Positions 29,503-39,893 of a stretch of DNA of 61,489 nt are shown one piece after another. Origin of the DNA: a virus (lineage: Duplodnaviria > Caudoviricetes); the IMG/VR virus record IMGVR_UViG_3300027687_000008, positions 1-61,489 of that record, one strand, 5' to 3'. Within the stretch, counting starts at the first letter, position 1. Each line of letters opens with the position of its first letter. The notes under the pieces are model-generated. The model was not told where the DNA came from. It saw only the letters and a list, made by a program, of their open reading frames with translations, and ran no database searches. A program made the translations under genes and the position numbers.

Positions 29503-30365
29503 GAATATTTGCTTTTGGTTGCAGTTTAACACAGTATTTTTATCCTACTTGGGCTGACATTTTAATACATCATTATAAACAAGAAGGAGCCACAGTTGGA
29601 GAGAACTGGGGACGTAGCGGCGCAGGCAATCAATATATCTCAACAAAATTATGGGAAGCACATACTGAACATAATCTAAACAAAGACGATATTATTTTAT
29701 TACAATGGTCAAGTTTTTTTAGAGAAGATAGATTTCATATGGGCAACGGTTGGCATACTCCTGGAAACTTTAGTAAAGTAACGGTTGGACAAGATATTCC
29801 TTTTGTACTTAATAGCTGGCGTTATGAATCTATGTGGCAATGGGCTGACATGGCCTGGGCTACAATGCGTGACTGTGCATTAATAAGCAGTACACACAAA
29901 GCATTAGAAAGCCTAGGATGTAAAGTTATATCAACTGGATTTAGAGAACCTACTGAAGGTTGGGAAGAACTTAGTAAAGAGTTTAATATTAAAAACAAGT
30001 ATTTAGAACTAGAAGATGTAAGAGCTATAATGGAAAAATATAAAGATGATATTAAAACTACATGCCCACCAATACTTAATGCATTAGGTTTTGGTACTGA
30101 TGATGAATTTTTTAACACAAGACCAACTAGTATACCAGATCCAAATCCAGAACTTTTACACTTACATCAACCCGAAGTACATCCACTTACACACGAAGCG
30201 GCAGACTTTGTGCAAGAACATGTATGCAAATTAAATGACAAAACTTTAGCGTTTGTTGACAAATGGAAGCAAACATTGACAGCTGAAGACTCAATAAAAC
30301 TTTATGAATTAGACTGGTTTAACTCAGAAATACATGGCTGGTCAGACGATAGATGGAGACCTTAA
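29499..30365 (+). CDS. SGNH-hydrolase-like protein
   Basis: AFGCSLT (GDS-like), NWGRSGAGN, IILLQWS, C-terminal EVHP; GTGA overlap with the halogenase stop. Confidence 0.5.
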   Translation: MRIFAFGCSLTQYFYPTWADILIHHYKQEGATVGENWGRSGAGNQYISTKLWEAHTEHNLNKDDIILLQWSSFFREDRFHMGNGWHTPGNFSKVTVGQDIPFVLNSWRYESMWQWADMAWATMRDCALISSTHKALESLGCKVISTGFREPTEGWEELSKEFNIKNKYLELEDVRAIMEKYKDDIKTTCPPILNALGFGTDDEFFNTRPTSIPDPNPELLHLHQPEVHPLTHEAADFVQEHVCKLNDKTLAFVDKWKQTLTAEDSIKLYELDWFNSEIHGWSDDRWRP

Positions 30366-30366
30366 G

Positions 30367-30930
30367 ATGAGTACCCCTGTAATAGGACTAGACAGAGATG
30401 GAACAATAAATGTAGACATTGGCACGTATGTAACAAAGCCTGAAGATTTTAAACCCATTGAAGGAAGTTTAGAAGCAGTTAAAATGATTCGTAATAAAGG
30501 ATATGATGTAGTTATTCTTACTAATCAAGCAGGTATTATGAAGGGAATTATGGATCCTGTAGATGTTGACATTGTTAATAATTATATGTTAGAGCTACTT
30601 TGGAAAATAGGGTGTAAAAGTATCAACGGATTGTATTATAGCACATCTAATTTAAAAGACGATGTATATGCCAAACCTAATACAGGTATGTTTAAACGGG
30701 CGGCCTCTGAAATTGGTGTTGACTGGAAGAATGGAGTGTATGTAGGTGACAAAATTAGCGATTTAAAAGCGGCTGTTAAAGCAAAAGCAAAGCCCATACT
30801 AGTGCGTACAGGACATGGTGTTGAAACAGCTAAGAAGTTAAATACGTTTGCTAACAAAGACCTAAAAAACCAAACAGAAACGTTCGATAACCTAAGTCAG
30901 TTTGCTCATAGCTTAGTAGATCTAACTTAA
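30367..30930 (+). CDS. gmhB: D-glycero-D-manno-heptose-1,7-bisphosphate phosphatase (HAD)
   Basis: LDRDGTIN, TNQAGI, KPNTGM, VGDK, LVRTGHG; start set to ATG 30367 (SD GGAG). Confidence 0.85.
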   Translation: MSTPVIGLDRDGTINVDIGTYVTKPEDFKPIEGSLEAVKMIRNKGYDVVILTNQAGIMKGIMDPVDVDIVNNYMLELLWKIGCKSINGLYYSTSNLKDDVYAKPNTGMFKRAASEIGVDWKNGVYVGDKISDLKAAVKAKAKPILVRTGHGVETAKKLNTFANKDLKNQTETFDNLSQFAHSLVDLT

Positions 30931-30957
30931 TTGTACTGTTACATATCTTTGTAAAAC

Positions 30958-30965
30958 GATAAATA
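30958..30965 (+). promoter_or_regulatory. Late promoter (GATAAATA)
   Basis: Intergenic, before SD GGAG and ATG 30984. Confidence 0.65.
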
Positions 30966-30983
30966 CAATATGGAGCATGAACA

Positions 30984-31496
30984 ATGAATAAACTTCTGAC
31001 AAATCTTTTTACTAAAGGTGCAAATAACACTATTCATCTGCCAGACAGATCAAGTTTTAGCTATAGAGGTAGCTGGATTGGCGTACAGTATAATACTGTA
31101 GTTGACCAGTTTCACTTAGGTGAATACAGTAGTGCAGTGTATCAAATTACGGTAGAATTTGATTCAAACGAAAAAGAAATTATGCAACTTTCAGTAGTTG
31201 CTAGACCAGATAGAGCTGTTGCAACTATATTTGGACGATCAAGTATTAACCAAGAGTTAGTAAATTTATCTGTTACAGTTGATGCAAGTGTATGTAAAAT
31301 TAATGCTAGTCCAACGTCAAACATTTATGCTGGCGCAAAGTTAATTTTTCATGCTACGTATGCAAAAACTATTCATCAGCTTACTCCTCCTGCGATAGTC
31401 GCAGATGTATCCAGTGTAGAGGAGTCTGGGGTAAATACTTTTGATGCAACAACTACGTATTTCGACAATACAAACATAACATTTGATAAGGTGTAA
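30984..31496 (+). CDS. Hypothetical virion protein
   Basis: Late promoter; C-terminal TFDATTTYFDNTNITFD tail. Confidence 0.55.
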   Translation: MNKLLTNLFTKGANNTIHLPDRSSFSYRGSWIGVQYNTVVDQFHLGEYSSAVYQITVEFDSNEKEIMQLSVVARPDRAVATIFGRSSINQELVNLSVTVDASVCKINASPTSNIYAGAKLIFHATYAKTIHQLTPPAIVADVSSVEESGVNTFDATTTYFDNTNITFDKV

Positions 31497-31501
31497 AAGG
31501 A

Positions 31502-32980
31502 ATGGCAAAATCAACAATTAACTTAGGTACAGCCGCAAACGACGGTACTGGTGATAATCTTAGAGCAGGTGCTACTAAGGTTAATGCTAACGTCGACGAG
31601 CTGTATAACGCTTTAGGCGACGGAACAAATATTAAAGACATTGTAAATTCAAGTTTAGAACTTGATGTGCAAAATGACGATGCAAAGATTAACAAAATAT
31701 CGTTTCATGCCGCAACGTTAAACCAAATGAATGCAATTAGCACAAGTACATATCATGGTGCAATGCTACACGTACATGAAGGCGGAACAGTTTATGTTGC
31801 ACACTCAAGTGCTTGGCGCAAGATGCTATTAGATGCAAGTGCAGGTGCAATTCCTAACTATACAGACCCGTTAAAACCAATTGCATACATCGGAAATATT
31901 AATAGTTTATCAGATGTTGATACAACTTCACAAGCACCACAAGCTGGCAACGTTCTTAAATGGGACGGAGGCAAATGGGCACCTGGAGTTGACGTATCAT
32001 CAGGCGGATCGGCAGTTGATGCTGGCACCCTTGATGGCTTTGACAGCTCGTACTTTACAAACTACAACAATTTAAACAACAAGCCAACTATTCCAACATC
32101 AATTATTAATTTAAGTATTACAGATGGATCAAGTGGACAAGTTTTATCTGCAAACGGTAACGGAACATTTACTTTCATTACACCAGCGGCCGGCGGCCTA
32201 CAAAACATTTATGCAACTGTCGATGCGGACACAGGTACAACTACTGCAAACGCAACAGCAGATACATTAACACTAGCAGGCGGTACTAATATTACAACTA
32301 GTATTGTTGGCGACACTGTAACATTTAACTATAGTGGTGATGCATTATCAGGAGAAGCTAACCAAAACGCTTTCAGTAACGTACAATCTGATTCAGGAAT
32401 AGCACAAGCTGATAGCACAACTGACACACTAACTATTGCAGGTGGTACAAATATTACTACAGCAGTAACAGGTGATACAGTTACAATTAACGGTACAGTT
32501 CCAACGTTTGCAAGTTTATCAGATACAGATTTAACAGGAGCAACAGCAGGTAACGTACTTGTGTATAACGGAACTAATTGGATAGATAGTCCAAATACAT
32601 ACGATATGATTGCATATCCTGCAATAACACTATTAACTGTAACAGCTGATAGTAATAACGGATATAAGTTTAGTCAATACGGCAACACAGAAGATCCAAC
32701 AATTTATGCTTTGGCAGGAGCAACTATTGCATTTAAAATTAACAGTGGAGCAAATCATCCATTCCAAATTGAAACAAGTGGCGGTTCTGCATATGATAAC
32801 GGACTTGTTCATGTTGCATTAGACGGAACAGAATCAACAGGTTCATCAGCACAAGGTAAAGTAAGTGGAACATTATATTGGCAAGTACCAGCTAACATTA
32901 GCGGCAACTATCAATATCAGTGTACAATACATAGCTCGATGCAAGGTACTATTGTAGTTAAAGCATTAAGTGCAATCTAA
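31502..32980 (+). CDS. Baseplate/fibre protein with gp9/gp10-like N-terminus and C-terminal cupredoxin-like domain
   Basis: MAKSTINLGTAANDGTGDNLRAGATKVNANVDELY is the T4 gp9/gp10-type N-terminal motif; HPFQI...YQCTIHSSMQG at the C-terminus. Confidence 0.7.
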   Translation: MAKSTINLGTAANDGTGDNLRAGATKVNANVDELYNALGDGTNIKDIVNSSLELDVQNDDAKINKISFHAATLNQMNAISTSTYHGAMLHVHEGGTVYVAHSSAWRKMLLDASAGAIPNYTDPLKPIAYIGNINSLSDVDTTSQAPQAGNVLKWDGGKWAPGVDVSSGGSAVDAGTLDGFDSSYFTNYNNLNNKPTIPTSIINLSITDGSSGQVLSANGNGTFTFITPAAGGLQNIYATVDADTGTTTANATADTLTLAGGTNITTSIVGDTVTFNYSGDALSGEANQNAFSNVQSDSGIAQADSTTDTLTIAGGTNITTAVTGDTVTINGTVPTFASLSDTDLTGATAGNVLVYNGTNWIDSPNTYDMIAYPAITLLTVTADSNNGYKFSQYGNTEDPTIYALAGATIAFKINSGANHPFQIETSGGSAYDNGLVHVALDGTESTGSSAQGKVSGTLYWQVPANISGNYQYQCTIHSSMQGTIVVKALSAI

Positions 32981-32994
32981 GGAAATAGGAATAA

Positions 32995-33552
32995 ATGGCA
33001 ACAGTAATTAACGATAAATTCCAAGCACAGAACGGATTTGAAAGTCCTAACTTTACAGTTGATACAGCTGGCAAGTTAACTACTCCGGTAATTGACGTTC
33101 AAAGTATTTTGCTCAACGGAACTCCTTTCGTTGCTTATGTTCCTGCGGCAGATGATGCAGGCGATGACACTGGCACACAGGTATCAAATAGTTTTGATAG
33201 CCTTGCTGTAACAGGCGGAGTTTTCAAAGTTAATTACTTGAATAACACAGCATTATCAGTAATTAACGGCACACTAACAATTAATAGTATTGGTGCAACT
33301 CCAGGTAGTATTGACAATGTAGAAATTGGATATAATACACCGTCACAGATTAAAGTACATACAATTGATATGGCATCTAATCCAGACAGTTCAGCATCAA
33401 GTATAAATATGAATGGTGCATCAATTAACGGTGATGTCAGCATTGTAAACAACGTGGTACTAAATAATCAGCCTACTGTAGGCACCCACGCAACAAGTAA
33501 AAGTTATGTAGACGCAACGGCAACAGCCCTTGCAGTAGCATTTGGAGCATAA
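32995..33552 (+). CDS. Hypothetical virion/fibre protein
   Basis: PTVGTHATSKSYVD fibre motif; structural operon context. Confidence 0.55.
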   Translation: MATVINDKFQAQNGFESPNFTVDTAGKLTTPVIDVQSILLNGTPFVAYVPAADDAGDDTGTQVSNSFDSLAVTGGVFKVNYLNNTALSVINGTLTINSIGATPGSIDNVEIGYNTPSQIKVHTIDMASNPDSSASSINMNGASINGDVSIVNNVVLNNQPTVGTHATSKSYVDATATALAVAFGA

Positions 33553-33555
33553 AGA

Positions 33556-36500
33556 ATGGCTAAGAAAAAGATTTATAATTACAAGTTTTACCCAGGATTA
33601 GGATTAAACGATAACACATATCCAAATGCTTGGGCACTACTTACAACTAACAAAGATTTTATTAAAAAAGAAGTTGCGGCATGGATTTTACAACAAGTAA
33701 ACGATAATGCTACTGGCTTTGTTGGTTATACATATGATTCAGCAAGATGCGAACGTGACACAGGCTACAACATTGATGCTTGGGCTCACGACTTACGTTA
33801 CACAGGTAACGAAGAAACAACAAGAATTTCAAATACATATTGGGAACAAGATGTCGCACAAGTTGATGGCGATAGACAAGCAGAAATTAAAGCAAAAGAA
33901 TTTACACGAGACTTAATTGTTAACCATGTGTTCAATAACAGTCCACAAGGATCTCCATACCAAGGTAATGTTGCACAAATAACTAATAGTGCAACTGGAG
34001 AAAGTGGTGCTGGATCAAGAATTCAAACACTTTCAGGAATTGTTATTAGCGTACTAATTACTGGTACGAGTGCATTACCAACATTTGAGCGTAAAGGATT
34101 AGGACACGTAAGATTTCAAGGTAACTATGATGCTAGTGACTTATTAATTGTTACTAACACAACTAAGACAGAAGTTATCTACAACTTTACAGATGCAACT
34201 AAAGGCGGTAAAGTTACTAGAGTTGATGATGTAACACCAAGAGACTCAAGCGGATATGTACCAAAATATGATAGTACAGATTCCAACGAAAACGCAGATC
34301 CAGACTTTCCAAAATATTTACAAACAACAGATGCTGTTACAATTTTAGATCTTACATGGAACACTGTAGGACAATTAACAACAGACGAATTACAAATCTT
34401 TATTGATTCGCCAGAGCAAAGAACAAGACCATTTGATTTTGGCACAGACGCTATTGAACGTATGCGTATTGCTCCTCCTTTAAGTATGCTTGATGCTGAC
34501 TTTGAGTACGGACTACAGCCTACTAAATGGTCAGCTATTGGTATGATGCGTGGTTATCCAAGTGTATACGAGCTACCAGGAACTGACACCCCAGTGTTAA
34601 CTGTTATTACAGATGCTTCAGCTGGTACAGCAGGAATTGGTGCTTCAAAAATTACAGTTACTACTCAAAGTGCTCACGGATTTTTAGCAGGAATTCCAAT
34701 TACAATTAAAGCACTCGAAGATAGTATTGTAGGTGCGGCACGTGGTGAAGGATCATTTATTATTGATACTATACCATCATCAAATACATTTACATTCTTT
34801 GCTAAAGCAAAAGTTGGAACAACAAGCGGACAAGTACTTTCAACAACGTATACACAGTTACGTAAAGGTGCATTCTACACTGGAGCAAGTGTTGGACAGC
34901 CAGCGTTTAGTGTGTTTAGTAATGGTACAAACGGTACTATGACACTAAGTTTGGCGGCTCAAATTAGTGAAAACAGATTAGCATTTACAGGTGATATACC
35001 AGAAGTTGGTGCACCAATTGTTAACGCGGCATTCCCAACAGGAACACAGGTTACTGCAATTTCAAGTACGCCAGGCGGAACAGCGTTAGCACTAAACTTA
35101 ACACAAGATATTTCTATTGGAAACACAGACATCCAAGTTTCAAGCACAACAGGTATTGTTGCAGGCCAAGCGGCTGACAACGGTAGCGGAGATGCTATTT
35201 TTGTTAACACCGTTGCTGGTACTACAATTAGTATGAGTGGTGCATTTACAAGCACAATTACAAGAAATACAGAAACATACACAGGTGTAACAGGAACACT
35301 TACTGCTCCAGCAGGTACTAATGGAGAGTTTACAATTTCAAGAACCGGCACAGCGTATGCAGTAGATGCAATTTCACAAGCAGGATCAGGATACAAAGCT
35401 GGTGACAGAATATTAGTTGCAGGTAATAATTTAGGTGGTACTACACCTGCACATGATGCAACAATATTAGTTACAACAGTAAATGCAGGAACAGGAGCAG
35501 TTACAGCCGCAACTATTAGTGGAACTGCACTAAGTGGAAGTATTACATATACAGGTCCAACTGCAATACTTACACAAAACGGTGGAACTATAGGGTCAGT
35601 AAACTTTGATATTAACTTTGCAGGCGGCGGATTTACAACAGTAGATATTAACTCACCAAACGATACAACAGGTTATGCAGTTGGCGATAGATTAAGAATT
35701 ACAGGTAGCCAATTATTAGGTGGCACAGGACAAGATGGAAATCAAAATGCTGGCGGTAACGACTTTGTTGCTAAAGTTACAGCAGTTGGCAGTGGCGGTA
35801 GTATTAGCTCATTAGACCCAGATAACGGTGGTTGGAGTATTGGTACACCACCAACTCAAACTAGAAACTATAGCTTTGGTGGATCTAACTTATCATTTAC
35901 AGGTGGATCAGGATCAGCATTTGAATTTGCTATTAACGTAGATAACACCACATATAGTATCCAATATACAGGAGTACCAGGTACAGGTTATACAACAGCA
36001 GATACACTTGTTTGTGCTGGTACTAACTTAGGCGGCGCAAGCCCAGCAAACGATGTATACTTGAGAGTTGTTTCAACAGACGGTGTAGGCGGAATTACTG
36101 ATGTAAGAATAGAAGGTTCAGATGAATCAAGTGTACCAGTAGCATTAAATGCTGGTGTGTTTGAAGGTAAAACTTTAACAGACTTAGCTGGAGCAAGTGC
36201 AACATTTAATATTACAAATAACGGAACAGTATTTGGTCTTGTAACTACAGCAAACGGTACTAATTACCATGTAGGACAAAATTATGTAATAGCAGGTAAC
36301 TTAATTGGCGGATCTACTCCAGCTAATGATGCAACAATTACAATTGATAGTGTTAACGGGTCAACAGGTGCTATTGCTACAGCAAGTGTAACAGGTAGTG
36401 CTCCGGCATTACCAACAGTGTTCACAGGACAAACTGGTAGTAACGTAGCACACGCAGGAACAAGTGGAACATTTAATATTACTAGAACATCAGGTTCATA

Positions 36501-39483
36501 TAGTATTGCTATTAATGCAAGTGGTAGCGGATATGAAATTGGCAACATAATTACTATTCCAGGTAACACATTAGGCGGAGCAACACCGGCACAAGATGCA
36601 ATAGTTATTGTTACAGCTAAAGACGGCAGTGGTGGATTAAGTACAGTTAGTATAACAGGTTCAGGTATTCCAGGTGGAGGACTAAATCTTGTAAGTGGTG
36701 TTACATTAACAGACTTTACAACAACTACTATTGATGCGGCAACAAGTGTAAACTTTGAAGCGTTATCAACTGTTGAAATTTCATGGCCTTACGCACACGG
36801 TATTGTACCAGGCGACACATTTGTTGTTGATGTTAACTCAGATGACGGCGGAACAAACAATCATACACTAGCGGCTGGATCGTTTATTGCTATTAACGTT
36901 CCGACAACTAAGAAAATTAGATATAATACAAGAGCTCCAGGTTCAATATCTGAATTTACAGGAGATAGTACTGAGGATAGAATCCAAGGTAACGTTTACT
37001 TACGCCCAGATAGTTTCTTTATTCACAGACCATATGATGGTGGTGTACAGTTAGGAACAGGTGGACCACAACACGGTGCTCAAGCAATTAGACAAAGTAA
37101 AAAGTATATCAGATACCAATCAGGTAAAGGTATTATGTACACAACTGGTGCTCTATTTGCTCCAAGTTACGACTTAAGAACTGTTACAACTAACGGTACA
37201 GGTATAGGTGCAATCGTTACTATCACAACAGATGATAACGATCACGGTGCTCAAGTTGGTGGTAAAGTTAGACTTATTGGAGTTGAGACAGCAGGATTTA
37301 ACGGCGAATATACTGTTACACAAATTGTTGATGAAAGAACACTACGATGTTTATCAACACGTAGACTAGGTGCTACTACAGCAATCTTAGGATTTGCGGC
37401 ACAGCTAACAGTTGTTGGATGGCATGGCGCTACAGTACGTTCAGGAGTGTTTGATGATCAAAACGGAATTTATTGGGAGTTTGATGGATCTAACATTAGT
37501 GTTGCACAGCGTACAAGTACAAAGCAAATTGCAGGTACTTCGCAAGTTACAGTTGACTCAAACTTAATTACTGGTAATAACACAAGATTTAGAGACCAAT
37601 TAAAAGCTGGAGATAGAGTTGTTATTAAAGGAATGACACACGTTGTAGCAAACGTTGATTCTCAAACACAAATAACAGTAACACCAGACTTTAGAGGTGT
37701 TAACAATATTGCGGCATGTAAGGTTAACTTAATTACAGATAAAAAAGTTTTACAAGAAGAATTTAACTTAGATAGAATGGACGGCACAGGACCAAGTGGA
37801 TACAATATGGATGTTAGGTACATGCAGATGATTGGAATTCAATACAGTTGGTATGGTGCTGGATTTATTGACTGGATGGCACGTGGTGCAGACGGTAACT
37901 TTGTATTCTGTCACAGAATGCGTAACTCAAACGTAAACACAGAAGCGTTTATGCGTTCAGGTAACTTACCTGTGCGTTACGAAGTTACAAACGAAGGAGC
38001 ATTTACTTCACTTAGTGACGATATTGATGCTACACAAACATTTATTCCATTAACAGAATCTAAGTTCTTTCCAGACAGTGGTACAGTGTATATTGATAAC
38101 GAAATTGTTAGCTTTACAACTATTGATCACACACTAAAAAGACTTACAAACATTACAAGAGGAACTTCACTACAGAACTTCCAAGCTGGTTCAACTAGGC
38201 AGTATAACGCAGGTCCGGCAAGTGGACACGCTAATCGAACTGGTGTAATTTTAATTAGTAATACAATTACTCCACTTATATCACACTGGGGTTCAGCATT
38301 TATTACAGACGGCGGCTTTGATGATGATAGAGGTTATATTTTCTCATACACAGAAACAGGTCTAAGCATTAGTACAACTAAACAGACAGCGTTTTTATTA
38401 AGACTAGCACCAAGTGTTAGTAATGCTATTGTTGGAGACTTAGGTGATAGAGAACTACTAAACAGAGCTCAGTTGCTTATGCAAGGTTTAGAGATTACAT
38501 CAGATGGACAAGATCCAACAGATGATTCAAAGATTTACGGCGGTATAGTTATTGAAGGTGTTCTTAATCCACAAAACTATCCACTTAACCCAAATGATAT
38601 TGGTTGGACAGGATTGTCAGGACTAGCACAAGGTGGACAGCCAAGTTTTGCACAGGTTGCATCAGGTGGTTCTACTAACTGGAATAGTGGTGATACAGCA
38701 ACATATAGTACAGCGGCAGTAATGGCTCAGGTTACAACTACAGCACAATTAATGCCATGGTGGTCATTTAGAACTAACAGAAGCTATGCTTATTTTGATC
38801 AAACTTCATGGGAAACAGCTAACTTAGAAGCTGGTGATCAAGTTAATGCTGACGGAGGAGGAAATGAATACTTCCCTGCAGGAACTACAATTCAACAGGT
38901 TGTTGACCAAACAATTTACGGAAGATATCTAGTTTACTTCTCAGGTAATGCAAATTCAAACTCAAGTAACGGTGCTACACAAACATTCCAAAAAGGTGGT
39001 AATGAAGCAAACTCAAGTTTCGTATACTTTACCAAGAGTGTTTGGGATTCAGCAGGAGCTAAACCAGGTACATCATTAGGCGATGCAGGTGGTGCCCCAA
39101 CTAACCAAAGTGATGTTACTTTTCCAGCTTCGTCAAGTGTTTCGAATATTGAAGGACCATTACTATTTGGTACTCTTGAATACTATAAGGTTACGTTTAA
39201 CAATGCATACAATGGTACAGTTAGCCCAGGTGATTTAATTAACTTTGAGTTTAGTCAACCACCATTTGCACAGCCAGGTGAAACTGTGTTCTCATTTATT
39301 GCACAACCTGGAGAAAGATCTACATTGGATCTAAAAGACTTGAAAGAACTTACAAATACTACACTAGGTGGTAGAGGTACTTTCCCAAATGGTCCAGACG
39401 TGCTTGCACTAAACGTATATAAAACGTCAGGTGCGGCAGTAAACGCTAATATTATTATTAAATGGGGTGAAGCACAGGCTTAA
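33556..39483 (+). CDS. Very large (1975 aa) virion structural/fibre protein
   Basis: Gly/Thr-rich; RCERDTGYNIDAWAHDL motif; five G.GY..GD.....G..LGG.TPA.D repeats. Confidence 0.7.
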   Translation: MAKKKIYNYKFYPGLGLNDNTYPNAWALLTTNKDFIKKEVAAWILQQVNDNATGFVGYTYDSARCERDTGYNIDAWAHDLRYTGNEETTRISNTYWEQDVAQVDGDRQAEIKAKEFTRDLIVNHVFNNSPQGSPYQGNVAQITNSATGESGAGSRIQTLSGIVISVLITGTSALPTFERKGLGHVRFQGNYDASDLLIVTNTTKTEVIYNFTDATKGGKVTRVDDVTPRDSSGYVPKYDSTDSNENADPDFPKYLQTTDAVTILDLTWNTVGQLTTDELQIFIDSPEQRTRPFDFGTDAIERMRIAPPLSMLDADFEYGLQPTKWSAIGMMRGYPSVYELPGTDTPVLTVITDASAGTAGIGASKITVTTQSAHGFLAGIPITIKALEDSIVGAARGEGSFIIDTIPSSNTFTFFAKAKVGTTSGQVLSTTYTQLRKGAFYTGASVGQPAFSVFSNGTNGTMTLSLAAQISENRLAFTGDIPEVGAPIVNAAFPTGTQVTAISSTPGGTALALNLTQDISIGNTDIQVSSTTGIVAGQAADNGSGDAIFVNTVAGTTISMSGAFTSTITRNTETYTGVTGTLTAPAGTNGEFTISRTGTAYAVDAISQAGSGYKAGDRILVAGNNLGGTTPAHDATILVTTVNAGTGAVTAATISGTALSGSITYTGPTAILTQNGGTIGSVNFDINFAGGGFTTVDINSPNDTTGYAVGDRLRITGSQLLGGTGQDGNQNAGGNDFVAKVTAVGSGGSISSLDPDNGGWSIGTPPTQTRNYSFGGSNLSFTGGSGSAFEFAINVDNTTYSIQYTGVPGTGYTTADTLVCAGTNLGGASPANDVYLRVVSTDGVGGITDVRIEGSDESSVPVALNAGVFEGKTLTDLAGASATFNITNNGTVFGLVTTANGTNYHVGQNYVIAGNLIGGSTPANDATITIDSVNGSTGAIATASVTGSAPALPTVFTGQTGSNVAHAGTSGTFNITRTSGSYSIAINASGSGYEIGNIITIPGNTLGGATPAQDAIVIVTAKDGSGGLSTVSITGSGIPGGGLNLVSGVTLTDFTTTTIDAATSVNFEALSTVEISWPYAHGIVPGDTFVVDVNSDDGGTNNHTLAAGSFIAINVPTTKKIRYNTRAPGSISEFTGDSTEDRIQGNVYLRPDSFFIHRPYDGGVQLGTGGPQHGAQAIRQSKKYIRYQSGKGIMYTTGALFAPSYDLRTVTTNGTGIGAIVTITTDDNDHGAQVGGKVRLIGVETAGFNGEYTVTQIVDERTLRCLSTRRLGATTAILGFAAQLTVVGWHGATVRSGVFDDQNGIYWEFDGSNISVAQRTSTKQIAGTSQVTVDSNLITGNNTRFRDQLKAGDRVVIKGMTHVVANVDSQTQITVTPDFRGVNNIAACKVNLITDKKVLQEEFNLDRMDGTGPSGYNMDVRYMQMIGIQYSWYGAGFIDWMARGADGNFVFCHRMRNSNVNTEAFMRSGNLPVRYEVTNEGAFTSLSDDIDATQTFIPLTESKFFPDSGTVYIDNEIVSFTTIDHTLKRLTNITRGTSLQNFQAGSTRQYNAGPASGHANRTGVILISNTITPLISHWGSAFITDGGFDDDRGYIFSYTETGLSISTTKQTAFLLRLAPSVSNAIVGDLGDRELLNRAQLLMQGLEITSDGQDPTDDSKIYGGIVIEGVLNPQNYPLNPNDIGWTGLSGLAQGGQPSFAQVASGGSTNWNSGDTATYSTAAVMAQVTTTAQLMPWWSFRTNRSYAYFDQTSWETANLEAGDQVNADGGGNEYFPAGTTIQQVVDQTIYGRYLVYFSGNANSNSSNGATQTFQKGGNEANSSFVYFTKSVWDSAGAKPGTSLGDAGGAPTNQSDVTFPASSSVSNIEGPLLFGTLEYYKVTFNNAYNGTVSPGDLINFEFSQPPFAQPGETVFSFIAQPGERSTLDLKDLKELTNTTLGGRGTFPNGPDVLALNVYKTSGAAVNANIIIKWGEAQA
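35330..36660 (+). repeat. Five degenerate intragenic repeats in the 1975-aa protein
   Basis: GSGYKAGDRILVAGNNLGGTTPAHDA / TGYAVGDRLRITGSQLLGG / GTGYTTADTLVCAGTNLGGASPAND / GTNYHVGQNYVIAGNLIGGSTPANDA / GSGYEIGNIITIPGNTLGGATPAQDA. Confidence 0.7.
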
Positions 39484-39893
39484 GAGTCTGCTTCGTCCTT
39501 AGTTTCTTCTAATTGAGGCTTTGGCTTTTGACTATCGCCAGGTGCAATTCGATAGTTGTCTTCAACACTATCAGGGGTACTTACTTCGGTAATACTACTT
39601 CCAGGTTCCATACAAACTAATTGATGAGGCATTAGTGGAGGATTTCTCCAAGTCATACCGTCAGTAAGTTCTAATGATTTAAATTCAGCAGTAGTTGTAT
39701 CAACATAGTTTAATAAAAATCTTCCGTTATTAACAAACCATGATTCATCTTTTTCTTTATGGAAGTGCATACTAAACTTAGATCCAACTTTTTCAAACAC
39801 CATAATTTTACCACAGTAGTGTTCGTTAGTTGCCCAGATTAATTCGTATCCCCAGCCTTTGTCTATTTTACCTTCTAGTCTAGTTGGTTGCAT
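39480..39893 (-). CDS. Cupin (sugar-phosphate isomerase-like)
   Basis: KGWGYELIW...SMHFHKEKDESW...PHQL...EVST cupin metal motifs. Confidence 0.75.
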   Translation of the reverse strand: MQPTRLEGKIDKGWGYELIWATNEHYCGKIMVFEKVGSKFSMHFHKEKDESWFVNNGRFLLNYVDTTTAEFKSLELTDGMTWRNPPLMPHQLVCMEPGSSITEVSTPDSVEDNYRIAPGDSQKPKPQLEETKDEADS

